Assembly: GCA_964459935.1 (NCBI GenBank)
Contig: CAYWOP010000001.1
Span: 1 to 32,134, forward strand
Length of the DNA: 32,134 bases
Direction: 5' to 3'
Origin: an uncultured Methanosarcinales archaeon
GTDB taxonomy: Archaea > Nanobdellota > Nanobdellia > Woesearchaeales > CAYNLP01
Position 1 is the stretch's first letter; the number at the start of each line of letters is the position of its first letter. Position numbers and translations under genes: made by a program. Shown one piece after another: positions 10,243 through 17,640 of the stretch. Below the pieces are notes generated by a model. It did not search any database. It worked only from the letters and a program-made list of their open reading frames with translations, and was not told the origin of the DNA.

Positions 10243-12096
10243 CTATGATTCTTGCACGTCGTCCTCTATCTCATCCTCCACGTGGTCGATCTCATCGTAG
10301 AGCTCCTGTTTGTTCTCGTAGTGCTTGTAGAGCATCTTGAGCTTGTCGTAGATCCGCTGGATGATGGGGTGTCGCGAGGCGAGCTCCTGGAAGTCCTCGT
10401 TCGTCTCGAGCGCGTAGACCTCGTCACAGAGCTCCCGCTCCAGTCCGTACGGTTTCGCCGTCTCCGTGTACCTGTCGTAGAGCCGCATCATATCGTCATA
10501 CACCTCTTGGAGGCGGGGGAACTCGTCGAACAGTGAGGAGAGCTCCTCGTCGGAGACGGCGCGTTCGATCTTCTTCGCGAGTTCCTGCTCGAGTTCCCGT
10601 ATCTGCTGGTTCTCACGTCGGATGAGCTTCTCGAGCTGTTGGTGATGGTCATCATTCATCTTCTTGACGCGCGCCACGAGTTCCTCTTTCCGCAGTTCGG
10701 TCCGCCGGATGATGTAGTAAATGAGCAGGGGGAGGACGAAGACGAGGAGCAGGAGCCACCAGATGTGCTGGTATCCTTTCTCGCAGAGGACGAAGTAGTA
10801 CGTATAGAGGTAGCTCAGCACCGCTATACCGCTTGCGACGGCGGTGAAGATGTAGAAGCGGCGTCGTTCCGATATCTTCTCCTTGATCAGCTCGATGTCG
10901 CGTTCCGTGGATTCGTTCGCCTCTCGAGTCTGCGCGATGCTGCGGAGTTTCTTCCGCATGAAGTACCACCGAGTAGCGATCGTGATGATCGTCAACGCGA
11001 TGAGGATGTAGAGGTTCCTGTTGAAGAACTGCACGTTCTCCTTGCAGACGAAGGAACTTGTCAGCGTCGTCGGCTCCTCTGTCGTCGGACACTTCGTGTC
11101 ACACGGCCCGCCGCAGTCGACGCCTTGCTCGCCACAGTTCTGCAGGTCATCAGAGCAGTAGATCGAGCTGTTGTCACAGGTCATGCGGCGGCACGTCCCG
11201 TCGATGCAGTAGTTGCTCCGGCAGTCACTGTGCTCCTCGCAGGAGCTTCCCAGCGGGCAAAGTGGACATTTCCCCCCGCAGTCGACGTCCGTCTCCAGTC
11301 CGTTTTGCACGCCGTCGTTGCAGGTCGGGATGTACGTGCAGTTCTGCTTGGTCGGTGGTTTGTCCTCCTCCTGTCCACAACTGTTCATATCGACGCAGGA
11401 TCTGTTCTGCGTGCCGTTGATGTTACATTCGCTCCATTCGGTACAGTTCCACGATGGATCGCAGGTCTCGCGCGGTTCCTCCTGGAACAGTCCCTCTCCT
11501 GCAGCGCCTCCGGCACCGCCAGCTCCGCCTCCGCCGGCGCCTCCGCCCGCTCCGCCGCCAGCCCCGCCACCGCCTTGTCCACCGGCTCCTCCGGATCCGC
11601 CTTGATCGCCTCCGCCGTCCGTTGTCCCGTTTGTACCGTTCACAGAGGCGTTCGTCGTGCCATTAACGCTGCAGTCTTCAGGGCACGTGTTGCTGTCCTC
11701 GAACTTGAAGTCACAGAGGTTGTCGCCGCAGGTAGGGTATGGAATAGTGAGGTTGACTTTGGTGAATGCTCCCTTCTCGTACGAGACGTTCCGCCACGGC
11801 TTCGCCGGTTCACCGTCGATCTCGAACGTGAGCCGGTCTCCTGGATCGGGTCCTTCTTCCGTGCTCGTCTCAGGATCGTCGCCGGTACAGCTCAGCAGGC
11901 CGTACTTCCCCTCCTGCTCCATCGTGAACGAACCACATTCCGTACCGTTCTCAGTGCTCACGGTCACGGTCTTCCCCGCGGAGGCGTTCCCGTTCGAGTC
12001 GTACACGTGCCCGTAGAGGTCGGTGGGGCGAGGAGGGAATGCCACTGCGCTCGTGACGAGTATCACAGTGAGCAGTATCAGCATGGTTCTCCGCAT
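10243..12096 (-). CDS. Surface protein: signal peptide, beta-sandwich domain, poly-Gly linker, Cys-rich repeat modules, three TM helices and a helical cytoplasmic tail
   Basis: 617 aa. Signal peptide MRRTMLILLTVILVTSAVA. Linker GGGDQGGSGGAGGQGGGGAGGGAGGGAGGGGAGGAGGAAG. Repeated Cys modules CNDGVQNGLETDVDCGGKCPLC and CSDDLQNCGEQGVDCGGPCDTKC plus further Cys clusters. Hydrophobic helices LYILIALTIITIATRWYF, FYIFTAVASGIAVLSYLYTYYFVL and IWWLLLLVFVLPLLIYYII. Acidic coiled C-terminus. Confidence 0.85.
   Translation of the reverse strand: MRRTMLILLTVILVTSAVAFPPRPTDLYGHVYDSNGNASAGKTVTVSTENGTECGSFTMEQEGKYGLLSCTGDDPETSTEEGPDPGDRLTFEIDGEPAKPWRNVSYEKGAFTKVNLTIPYPTCGDNLCDFKFEDSNTCPEDCSVNGTTNASVNGTNGTTDGGGDQGGSGGAGGQGGGGAGGGAGGGAGGGGAGGAGGAAGEGLFQEEPRETCDPSWNCTEWSECNINGTQNRSCVDMNSCGQEEDKPPTKQNCTYIPTCNDGVQNGLETDVDCGGKCPLCPLGSSCEEHSDCRSNYCIDGTCRRMTCDNSSIYCSDDLQNCGEQGVDCGGPCDTKCPTTEEPTTLTSSFVCKENVQFFNRNLYILIALTIITIATRWYFMRKKLRSIAQTREANESTERDIELIKEKISERRRFYIFTAVASGIAVLSYLYTYYFVLCEKGYQHIWWLLLLVFVLPLLIYYIIRRTELRKEELVARVKKMNDDHHQQLEKLIRRENQQIRELEQELAKKIERAVSDEELSSLFDEFPRLQEVYDDMMRLYDRYTETAKPYGLERELCDEVYALETNEDFQELASRHPIIQRIYDKLKMLYKHYENKQELYDEIDHVEDEIEDDVQES
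11488..11620 (-). repeat. GC-rich cryptic simple repeat (GGN)n encoding the poly-Gly/Ala linker of the 617-aa protein
   Basis: The plus strand reads ...gcctccggcaccgccagctccgcctccgccggcgcctccgcccgctccgccgccagccccgccaccgcc..., i.e. imperfect GCC/TCC triplet reiteration. Confidence 0.8.
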
Positions 12097-12097
12097 C

Positions 12098-12754
12098 TCA
12101 GCTCACCGTCCACGTCGTGTTCTTCGTAGCGTTGATCCAGTACCCTCGTCCGGGCCTGGTCTCGTTCAGTTCCTGCGTCTCGTTCGGTACGTGGACGAGG
12201 AACGTTTTGGAATCGGGATCGTACCCGACCACTTTCGTATAATTGTCTATGGAGTCGAAGACATCGGGAACGGGTCGAGACTCGTTCAACGGGTACCCGA
12301 CGAAGTTGTATCCTTCAGTGAGTGCGATGTCGGTGGTCGCGAGCACACCGTCGCGGTCGAACGTCGATGTGCTGTTGACGACGATCCAGTACGCGTTCCT
12401 CCTGGTGAAGAACTCAAGGTCCTGTACGGTCCAGTTCGGCAGGTTCGGATTGTATGTTCTCCAGGGATCGGCTTCTCCTTCTTTGTACGTCCGGACGCTT
12501 CCCAAGTCCTCGATATCCTGCACGATATCGCTCCGGGGGACGAAGTCGCCGATGCAGAAGAAGGAGACCAGGTTCGCCCCTTTCCGCAGTGTGATGTTGC
12601 AACTCGTGTTTGCTGCACCGCTCACGTTCACGGTCGTCGCCACTTCTCCTGTTATCGTGGTGGCGCTCCGCTCGGGCGGGTGCACGTGGCCGAGTATGAT
12701 CAGGGCTATCACTGCCACGAGGAGCAGCAAGGCGATCTCAGTCTTCCTCCGCAT
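12098..12754 (-). CDS. Secreted or membrane-anchored protein of unknown function
   Basis: 218 aa. N-terminal anchor/signal MRRKTEIALLLLVAVIALIILG. Internal repeat signature ITLRKGANLVSFFC / IALTEGYNFVGYPL and C-terminal RPGRGYWINAT. Its stop is 1 nt from the start of the 617-aa gene, and its start overlaps the AbrB-like gene by 17 nt. Confidence 0.75.
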   Translation of the reverse strand: MRRKTEIALLLLVAVIALIILGHVHPPERSATTITGEVATTVNVSGAANTSCNITLRKGANLVSFFCIGDFVPRSDIVQDIEDLGSVRTYKEGEADPWRTYNPNLPNWTVQDLEFFTRRNAYWIVVNSTSTFDRDGVLATTDIALTEGYNFVGYPLNESRPVPDVFDSIDNYTKVVGYDPDSKTFLVHVPNETQELNETRPGRGYWINATKNTTWTVS

Positions 12755-12917
12755 CCTCGTCCACCCGTTCGAAATCTATGTACCACCGTTCCTTCTCCGC
12801 ATCATAGGAGAAGATGACCTCGTGATCTTCATCCGGATCGATGGCGAACAGCAACGGTCTCGGGATCGTGGTCTCGTAGGAACCTCCTCGCGGGTAGAGT
12901 TTCCGACGGAACTCCAT
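12738..12917 (-). CDS. Small AbrB/SpoVT-type (swapped-hairpin) DNA-binding protein, first gene of the operon with the 218-aa and 617-aa proteins
   Basis: I prefer the internal start MEFRRKLYPRGGSYETTIPRPLLFAIDPDEDHEVIF... (59 aa). The R-K-(x)-GGS-x-x-x-TIP pattern is typical of the SpoVT-AbrB domain. TTTATAAA at 12940-12947 lies 23-30 nt upstream of this ATG (leaderless spacing). The upstream extension in the ORF track would begin inside the AT-rich promoter. Confidence 0.65.
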   Translation of the reverse strand: MEFRRKLYPRGGSYETTIPRPLLFAIDPDEDHEVIFSYDAEKERWYIDFERVDEDAEED

Positions 12918-12939
12918 GCGTGCATCACAGCGCCGCTCA

Positions 12940-12994
12940 TTTATAAATTTACTTATTATATTGCTTACGAATATACTTATTACTTTACTTATTT
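12940..12994 (-). promoter_or_regulatory. Promoter of the AbrB-like operon with three direct TACTTATT repeats
   Basis: TATA box at 12940-12947. TACTTATTA at 12950-12958 and 12974-12982, and TACTTATTT at 12986-12994 (spacings 24 and 12 nt), in an AT-rich gap between two minus-strand genes. Confidence 0.45.
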
Positions 12995-13028
12995 CAATTG
13001 CACTCAAGAATACATATGCATGCTCGTT

Positions 13029-14720
13029 TCACTCCTCTTTCCGTCGGCGACGGATGATGAGGAGGATGAGCACAATCGCTACCGCGATGAGCGCGTAGAA
13101 GAGGTAGTCTCCGCTGGTCTCCTGATACGCGAACTCGGCGCGTTTTTCCTTGATAAGTGCGAGCTCCCGTTCACCGTACCGTGCGCGTACGGTGATCTCC
13201 TGATTGTCCTCAACGTCTGCTTCGGAGAGCTCTACGGGTACCGGTATCGTGGCCGATTCGCCTGGCGGGATCTCCGTCACGTCGGTGGCGCTGACGGTCA
13301 CTTGCTCTTCGTTGAGCACGAGGTCGACGAGCTCTATATCCACATTTGTCGTCACCTCTCCGATGTTGTCCACGTGTACGCGGAATTCCTGGCTGCCCCG
13401 GTCGTAGACCAGGCCGGTGAGGTTGATCTGTGAGTTGTCCGAGATATCGATTGTGTCAAGCGGTACCGAGGTTTCCAGTTGGTTCTCTAAAGAATCGGGT
13501 GATTCGCCGTAGACCGTGAAGATGGAGGCGTTCGTCGCGTTGGCCGGTAAGTTCGTGGGGTACGTGACGGTCCGCACGTCGTTCTCGCCCAGGAAGACCG
13601 ATGTGTTATCCCCGACGCTGGTTAGTGTTGTTCCTTGGTCGTCGGTGAGGGAGATCGTGGAGCGGAAGTACGTCGCTAAGTCCTCCGTGTTCTCATACGT
13701 GACCTCTAACTCACTCGTGCCTTCGTTGAACACGGCCGAGGTCACCGACATGTTCAATGAATAACTGGGAAGTGGGAATCGGTCGAGATCCTCCACCTCT
13801 GAGATGGACCCCTGTGGAGAGCGCGCTCCCTGGGCGAACTTCACGAAAACGCTCAGGCCGAGTTGGCGCCGCACGAACGTCGCGGCATCGATGAGCTCGT
13901 TCCCCACGAGGATACCCACACTGATATCCGAATCCTGGATGAAATCCCGCACCTGCGACGGCACGTTCTGCCGGCCGATGAACACGACAGGATCACTCCC
14001 AGACATGATGCTCTGCTCGATGAACTCGCCGTTGGTCAGGATGGCCTGCGACGCGGATTTCACGTCGAGATACCGCTCGACCATCGCGATATTGTTATCA
14101 AAGCGCCCTCCCTCGTTTATCGTCTCGGGGTCGAACTGCTGGAGCGCTTGTCGTACTTCTCTGTCAACCCGGCCCAGTATGATTACATCGTCCGGTTGTC
14201 GTTCCTCCAGGAAGTCCTGCACCGCTCCGATGGACAGTTCGTCCGCGAAGAGGACGTACCGGTTACTGCTCACGGCGTAGGGCGCTGCCGAGATCGCGTT
14301 GTACCCGTAGGAATCATCCATGACGATGAACCGGGTCACGTTGTCCAACCGCCGCGCTAGTTCAAGGTTGACGTTGTCGTACGTGTACTCCGTGGCGTTG
14401 TTGTACCCGTCCGAGAGGAGGATGGACTCGTAGCCGACGACGAACGGATCTTCTTCTGAGCTAATGACCTCCACGTTGTTCTTATCCGTGGAGATGCTGT
14501 TCAGCAAGGTCGTGCTGTACTGCGTGCTGGTGAGGAAGTCACTGTCCACACCTTGTAGATTGGCGTAGAGCAGGGTGGAGTATACGTCTTGCCAGGACGC
14601 GGAGTTTGCGATGACGTGGTCAGGAGCGGCCGATGCCGTGGCTGCTAGCAGTAGGAGGACGAGGAGAAAGAATCGGAATCGCTTCAACCCACCATCACCT
14701 ATACGGTCAGCCTCGGCCAT
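13029..14720 (-). CDS. Type I membrane surface protein with CWB2-like (cell-wall-binding repeat 2-like) repeats and CARDB/Ig-like domains
   Basis: 563 aa. Signal peptide FFLLVLLLLAATASA. Three repeats of the pattern VIANSASWQDVYSTLLYA / FIVMDDSYGYNAISAAPYAVSSNRYVLFAD...VIILGRVD / AILTNGEF...PVVFIGRQNV...VGILVGNELI. Beta-rich C-terminal domains (NIGEVTTNVDIELVD). TM helix YLFYALIAVAIVLILLII followed by RRRRKEE. Confidence 0.85.
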   Translation of the reverse strand: MAEADRIGDGGLKRFRFFLLVLLLLAATASAAPDHVIANSASWQDVYSTLLYANLQGVDSDFLTSTQYSTTLLNSISTDKNNVEVISSEEDPFVVGYESILLSDGYNNATEYTYDNVNLELARRLDNVTRFIVMDDSYGYNAISAAPYAVSSNRYVLFADELSIGAVQDFLEERQPDDVIILGRVDREVRQALQQFDPETINEGGRFDNNIAMVERYLDVKSASQAILTNGEFIEQSIMSGSDPVVFIGRQNVPSQVRDFIQDSDISVGILVGNELIDAATFVRRQLGLSVFVKFAQGARSPQGSISEVEDLDRFPLPSYSLNMSVTSAVFNEGTSELEVTYENTEDLATYFRSTISLTDDQGTTLTSVGDNTSVFLGENDVRTVTYPTNLPANATNASIFTVYGESPDSLENQLETSVPLDTIDISDNSQINLTGLVYDRGSQEFRVHVDNIGEVTTNVDIELVDLVLNEEQVTVSATDVTEIPPGESATIPVPVELSEADVEDNQEITVRARYGERELALIKEKRAEFAYQETSGDYLFYALIAVAIVLILLIIRRRRKEE

Positions 14721-14793
14721 TCTATATAAATGTTGCGTGCGCGAACCAGGGAAAGGTTTTTATACGCGCGCAGCACAGATTGCTTAAAAAGGG

Positions 14794-15861
14794 GTGGGAT
14801 GTATAGCAGGACTGCTTGACCGGATAGAACAGTTCTTCACGGGCGGTACGCAGGAACGTTCGGAGGACGAGGATCCGCTTCCGTCGCCTGCGCGTTCCCT
14901 CTACGGGGACACGGTGGATGACACCACTGAGAGGAGCGAAACTCAGGACGAGCACGCGCAATCCAAAACGCCTTTAGATAGAGCGAAGCAGGATCAAGAT
15001 GCAGCCGACACTTCGGATGCTCCCGACGAACTGCCCGATATGCAGTTGGACGTATCCTCGGATGACAGGGAGGACGATACAGAGAGCGATGATACAGGAG
15101 GGCACGAGGAACATACCATCGTGCAGGATGAGCTGGATGAACGTGAACGGAGCACGAGAGAGCGGAGAGCCGAGTCATCCGGTGGTTATACGGAGCGAAC
15201 CACCACTGATTTCGATGAGATGGTGAGCGGTATCTACGAGGAAGGGGAGCTTTCCGCAGTGGAAGAGCACGGTGACGTGGCGGAGTTCGGCTTCTTCTCC
15301 GAGTTCCAGACCTTCCTCGAACGGAACGACATCCACATGGTAGGGGACGAGCTTGTGCAGAAGGATTTGCTGAGCGAGATGAAGCGGTACCATGAGGACG
15401 GGCGCGACGAGGATATCTACTTCCACACAGAGGAGATCAAGGAGGACCTTCGTGAGCGGCTACAAGAGCTCCGTTCGCTCGAGCATGACTGGTTCGAGCA
15501 CAAGGAGGCGTTGGCAAGGGAGGAGTCGCGTCTGCTCGAGACGGAAGAGCAGATCGAGGACGCCTTGGGTGATGTGCGTGAGCTCGTGGCGGAGCTTCGG
15601 GAGAAGTCGCAAGCCTCGGCGACGGTCGACGAGGAAGAGTATTTCCACGTTACCGACGGTTCTGTGGTGAAATCGCTGCGAGATCTCCGGACTGCACTCA
15701 GTGTGATGGACGACGATATCTTCAAGTATCACGTTGAGGATGGCAATGATTTCGCCCGGTGGGTCGAAGAAGTGTTCGATGATGCGACGCTCGCCGAGGA
15801 GCTACGGAAATGTGAAACGCGGGACGAGATGATTCAGGTGTTGCAAAAGCATCTAAAGTAG
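14794..15861 (+). CDS. Very acidic cytoplasmic protein with a coiled-coil and a conserved-looking C-terminal helical domain, function unknown
   Basis: 355 aa from a GTG start. TTTTTATAC at 14756-14764 lies ~30 nt upstream. D/E-rich disordered N-terminal half. C-terminal FHVTDGSVVKSLRDLRTALSVMDDDIFKYHVEDGNDFARWVEEVFDD. No signal peptide or TM helix. Confidence 0.7.
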   Translation: MGCIAGLLDRIEQFFTGGTQERSEDEDPLPSPARSLYGDTVDDTTERSETQDEHAQSKTPLDRAKQDQDAADTSDAPDELPDMQLDVSSDDREDDTESDDTGGHEEHTIVQDELDERERSTRERRAESSGGYTERTTTDFDEMVSGIYEEGELSAVEEHGDVAEFGFFSEFQTFLERNDIHMVGDELVQKDLLSEMKRYHEDGRDEDIYFHTEEIKEDLRERLQELRSLEHDWFEHKEALAREESRLLETEEQIEDALGDVRELVAELREKSQASATVDEEEYFHVTDGSVVKSLRDLRTALSVMDDDIFKYHVEDGNDFARWVEEVFDDATLAEELRKCETRDEMIQVLQKHLK

Positions 15862-15920
15862 CTTTTCTAACGTTTTAACGGTTCTTTGTGCGATACGGTG
15901 TTGCTGTGCTGCTTTGTTTT
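15862..15920 (+). terminator. Oligo-T tracts after the acidic-protein gene
   Basis: CTTTTC (15862-15867), GTTTTA (15872-15877) and CTTTGTTTT (~15912-15920) directly after the TAG at 15859-15861. Confidence 0.3.
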
Positions 15921-16053
15921 AGTACCTAATTAGATACACTACTTACTAAAATCAACGAAAGAACTATCAAAATATTTATATATCGGTATACTGATTCGTA
16001 TATCAGAATAGTAATCATCCAGGCGCACGGATAACTGTACGAGGTGATGACCG
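15921..16053 (+). promoter_or_regulatory. AT-rich promoter/leader of the A1-B1-C1 operon
   Basis: TAATTAGATA at 15927-15936. TATA-like ATATTTATATAT at 15971-15982. Leader with GTATACTGAT (15986-15995) and SD GAGGTGA (16041-16047) 6 nt before the ATG at 16054. Confidence 0.55.
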
Positions 16054-16842
16054 ATGGTAACTGCAGAGAACAGTAAAGACACAGCACTGATGACACTGCT
16101 CGCGATCCTAGTCATAACTATCTCCGCGGGCGTGACGCACGCGATCGGCGAACCGGGAGGTCCGGACACGCTGGAAGAACAGCGGACGGAACGGTACACG
16201 ACGCTCGACCCTAACACAACACAGGCTCAGGCCGGTAACCTTACCGAGCTCAACATGACGGCCACCTCAGCGACGAAGGGCTGGCAGGGCTTCTTCGGGA
16301 ACATTTCCGGTACGATCACATTGGAAGATAGTGACGGCGACACGTTCTACGACTGGACCACCAACGAACCGGAAGGCGAAGTCTACGCGTCCACGAACGA
16401 AACTATTCAATGGAGCACGACGCGTTGCTTCGGTTTCAATGATGACGCTTCGCTCAACACCGAGATCAATCTGTCAACTGAAGAAAATCGAACCGGGTTC
16501 AACGCGTCTGACGAGGACGGGATCGACGAAACATTCGATCGAACGGATCATCCTACGTTCTACGTTGGTACAAACAAGATATCCGGTTCCACGTGTCCCA
16601 GCACGAACCCGTACGTGAACAACCAGTCGCAGACGAGTGACTTCTACAACGTGCTCCTGGAGGACGACGGCGAAAGCCTGATCTTCACCAGCATCCTCGA
16701 GAACCGTGACCCGGCGAACGACACGGACAAGGTCGGCTACGACGGGAACACGTATGACTTCCAGATGCTGACCGCGGAGGACGAGCACACACAGGCAGCG
16801 GCAGGATCCACCACCTATTACTTCTGGGTTGAGATCGAGTAG
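16054..16842 (+). CDS. Secreted sequon-rich protein, unrecognised family, subtype A (A1)
   Basis: 262 aa. Sec-type signal peptide ALMTLLAILVITISAGVTHA. Family motifs AQAGNLTELNMT, WQGFFGNISGTITLEDSDGDTFYDW, GEVYASTNETIQW..C, HPTFYVG..I...C, DFQMLT and C-terminal YYFWVEIE. Paralogous to 20220-21020 and 21828-22547. Confidence 0.9.
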   Translation: MVTAENSKDTALMTLLAILVITISAGVTHAIGEPGGPDTLEEQRTERYTTLDPNTTQAQAGNLTELNMTATSATKGWQGFFGNISGTITLEDSDGDTFYDWTTNEPEGEVYASTNETIQWSTTRCFGFNDDASLNTEINLSTEENRTGFNASDEDGIDETFDRTDHPTFYVGTNKISGSTCPSTNPYVNNQSQTSDFYNVLLEDDGESLIFTSILENRDPANDTDKVGYDGNTYDFQMLTAEDEHTQAAAGSTTYYFWVEIE

Positions 16843-16864
16843 GGTCATCACCTTCTGCCTGTAC

Positions 16865-16885
16865 CCAAGGGGTTCATCCCCTTGG
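16865..16885 (+). promoter_or_regulatory. Perfect 8-bp stem / 5-nt loop RNA hairpin in the A1-B1 intercistronic gap
   Basis: CCAAGGGG (16865-16872), TTCAT, CCCCTTGG (16878-16885), located between the A1 stop (16842) and the B1 ATG (16906). Confidence 0.6.
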
Positions 16886-16905
16886 CGGCAGGGGGCTTTA
16901 CCCTC

Positions 16906-17640
16906 ATGAAATCGAGAACCATAGTCATAGGAAGCGTACTCGCGTTGGCCGCGTTCTTCCTCTTCCCGCTCTCCTCCGCAGCACCACAAGGAGCGAGGAT
17001 CTCGGACAACGCGACGGCAAGCCAACCCACGTCCCCACCTGACAATCGCACAGACGACGGTGGCACCATCAACACCCTCATTCTGGACAGCACGCAACAG
17101 AACAACGAGTGGAAGGCGTACGTCGGGAACGTCACCGGTAAGCTCACCCTTGATGATGGGAGCGGCAACAGCATCTACGACTGGAGCCTGGACGACACGA
17201 ACATAGAGGGCGAAGTGTACGTCAGTCGGAACACGAGCATAACTTGGGGGAATGTGAGCTGCGCGAGTCAGTCCACAATCACCGCGGAAGAAGAAGCACT
17301 AAACATCAACAGTACGGACAGTGACAGTATCAACAACACGTTCAATGCTACGAATCACTCTTCTATGCAGGTTGGCGCGGAACCAATAAGTGCGGACTCT
17401 TGCAGGGCGACCGCCACGTATGTGGATGATTCATCGCAGACTGTGAACAAGAACGCTACGTTCCAGGAGATCTTGCTTGAGGATGAGGATACGAAGCTGG
17501 TGTACTCCACGTTCATCGAGCAGGACGCGGACAGCTACATCGACTCCGCTGGCTCCACGTTCGACTTTCAACTCATTGTAGGAGAGGACAAGAGTACATC
17601 CTCACCGACACCGTACAACTTTTACCTGGAGATCACCTGA
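16906..17640 (+). CDS. Secreted sequon-rich protein, same family, subtype B (B1)
   Basis: I prefer the ATG at 16906 (MKSRTIVIGSVLALAAFFLFPLSSAAPQGA) over the TTG at 16882 in the ORF track. Motifs GGTINTLILDST, WKAYVGNVTGKLTLDDGSGNSIYDW, GEVYVSRNTSITWGNVSC, DFQLIV and C-terminal YNFYLEIT. Confidence 0.85.
   Translation: MKSRTIVIGSVLALAAFFLFPLSSAAPQGARISDNATASQPTSPPDNRTDDGGTINTLILDSTQQNNEWKAYVGNVTGKLTLDDGSGNSIYDWSLDDTNIEGEVYVSRNTSITWGNVSCASQSTITAEEEALNINSTDSDSINNTFNATNHSSMQVGAEPISADSCRATATYVDDSSQTVNKNATFQEILLEDEDTKLVYSTFIEQDADSYIDSAGSTFDFQLIVGEDKSTSSPTPYNFYLEIT

Noticed and set aside
10639-12129. 496-aa plus-strand ORF, and the similar long ORFs 12243-13433 (+), 12023-12817 (+), 1169-2077 (-), 31154-31978 (+), 16474-17097 (-) and 21876-22376 (-)
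   Set aside because: All lie antisense to, or out of frame within, genes that have clear domains or signal peptides. Their translations are R/A/V/S/P-rich low-complexity sequence typical of shadow ORFs, with no motifs, promoters or RBS.
7156-14720. PGF-CTERM/archaeosortase or lipobox anchoring of the surface proteins
   Set aside because: The C-termini show plain TM helices followed by basic residues or long cytoplasmic tails. No PGF motif with a Thr/Ser-rich linker and no lipobox Cys was seen.
14722-14733. CTATATAAAT immediately next to the ATG (14720) of the 563-aa gene as its TATA box
   Set aside because: It lies only ~3 nt from the start codon, which is too close for an archaeal promoter. 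The TTTTTATA element at 14756-14763 is better placed and may serve both divergent genes. The promoter assignment here stays uncertain.
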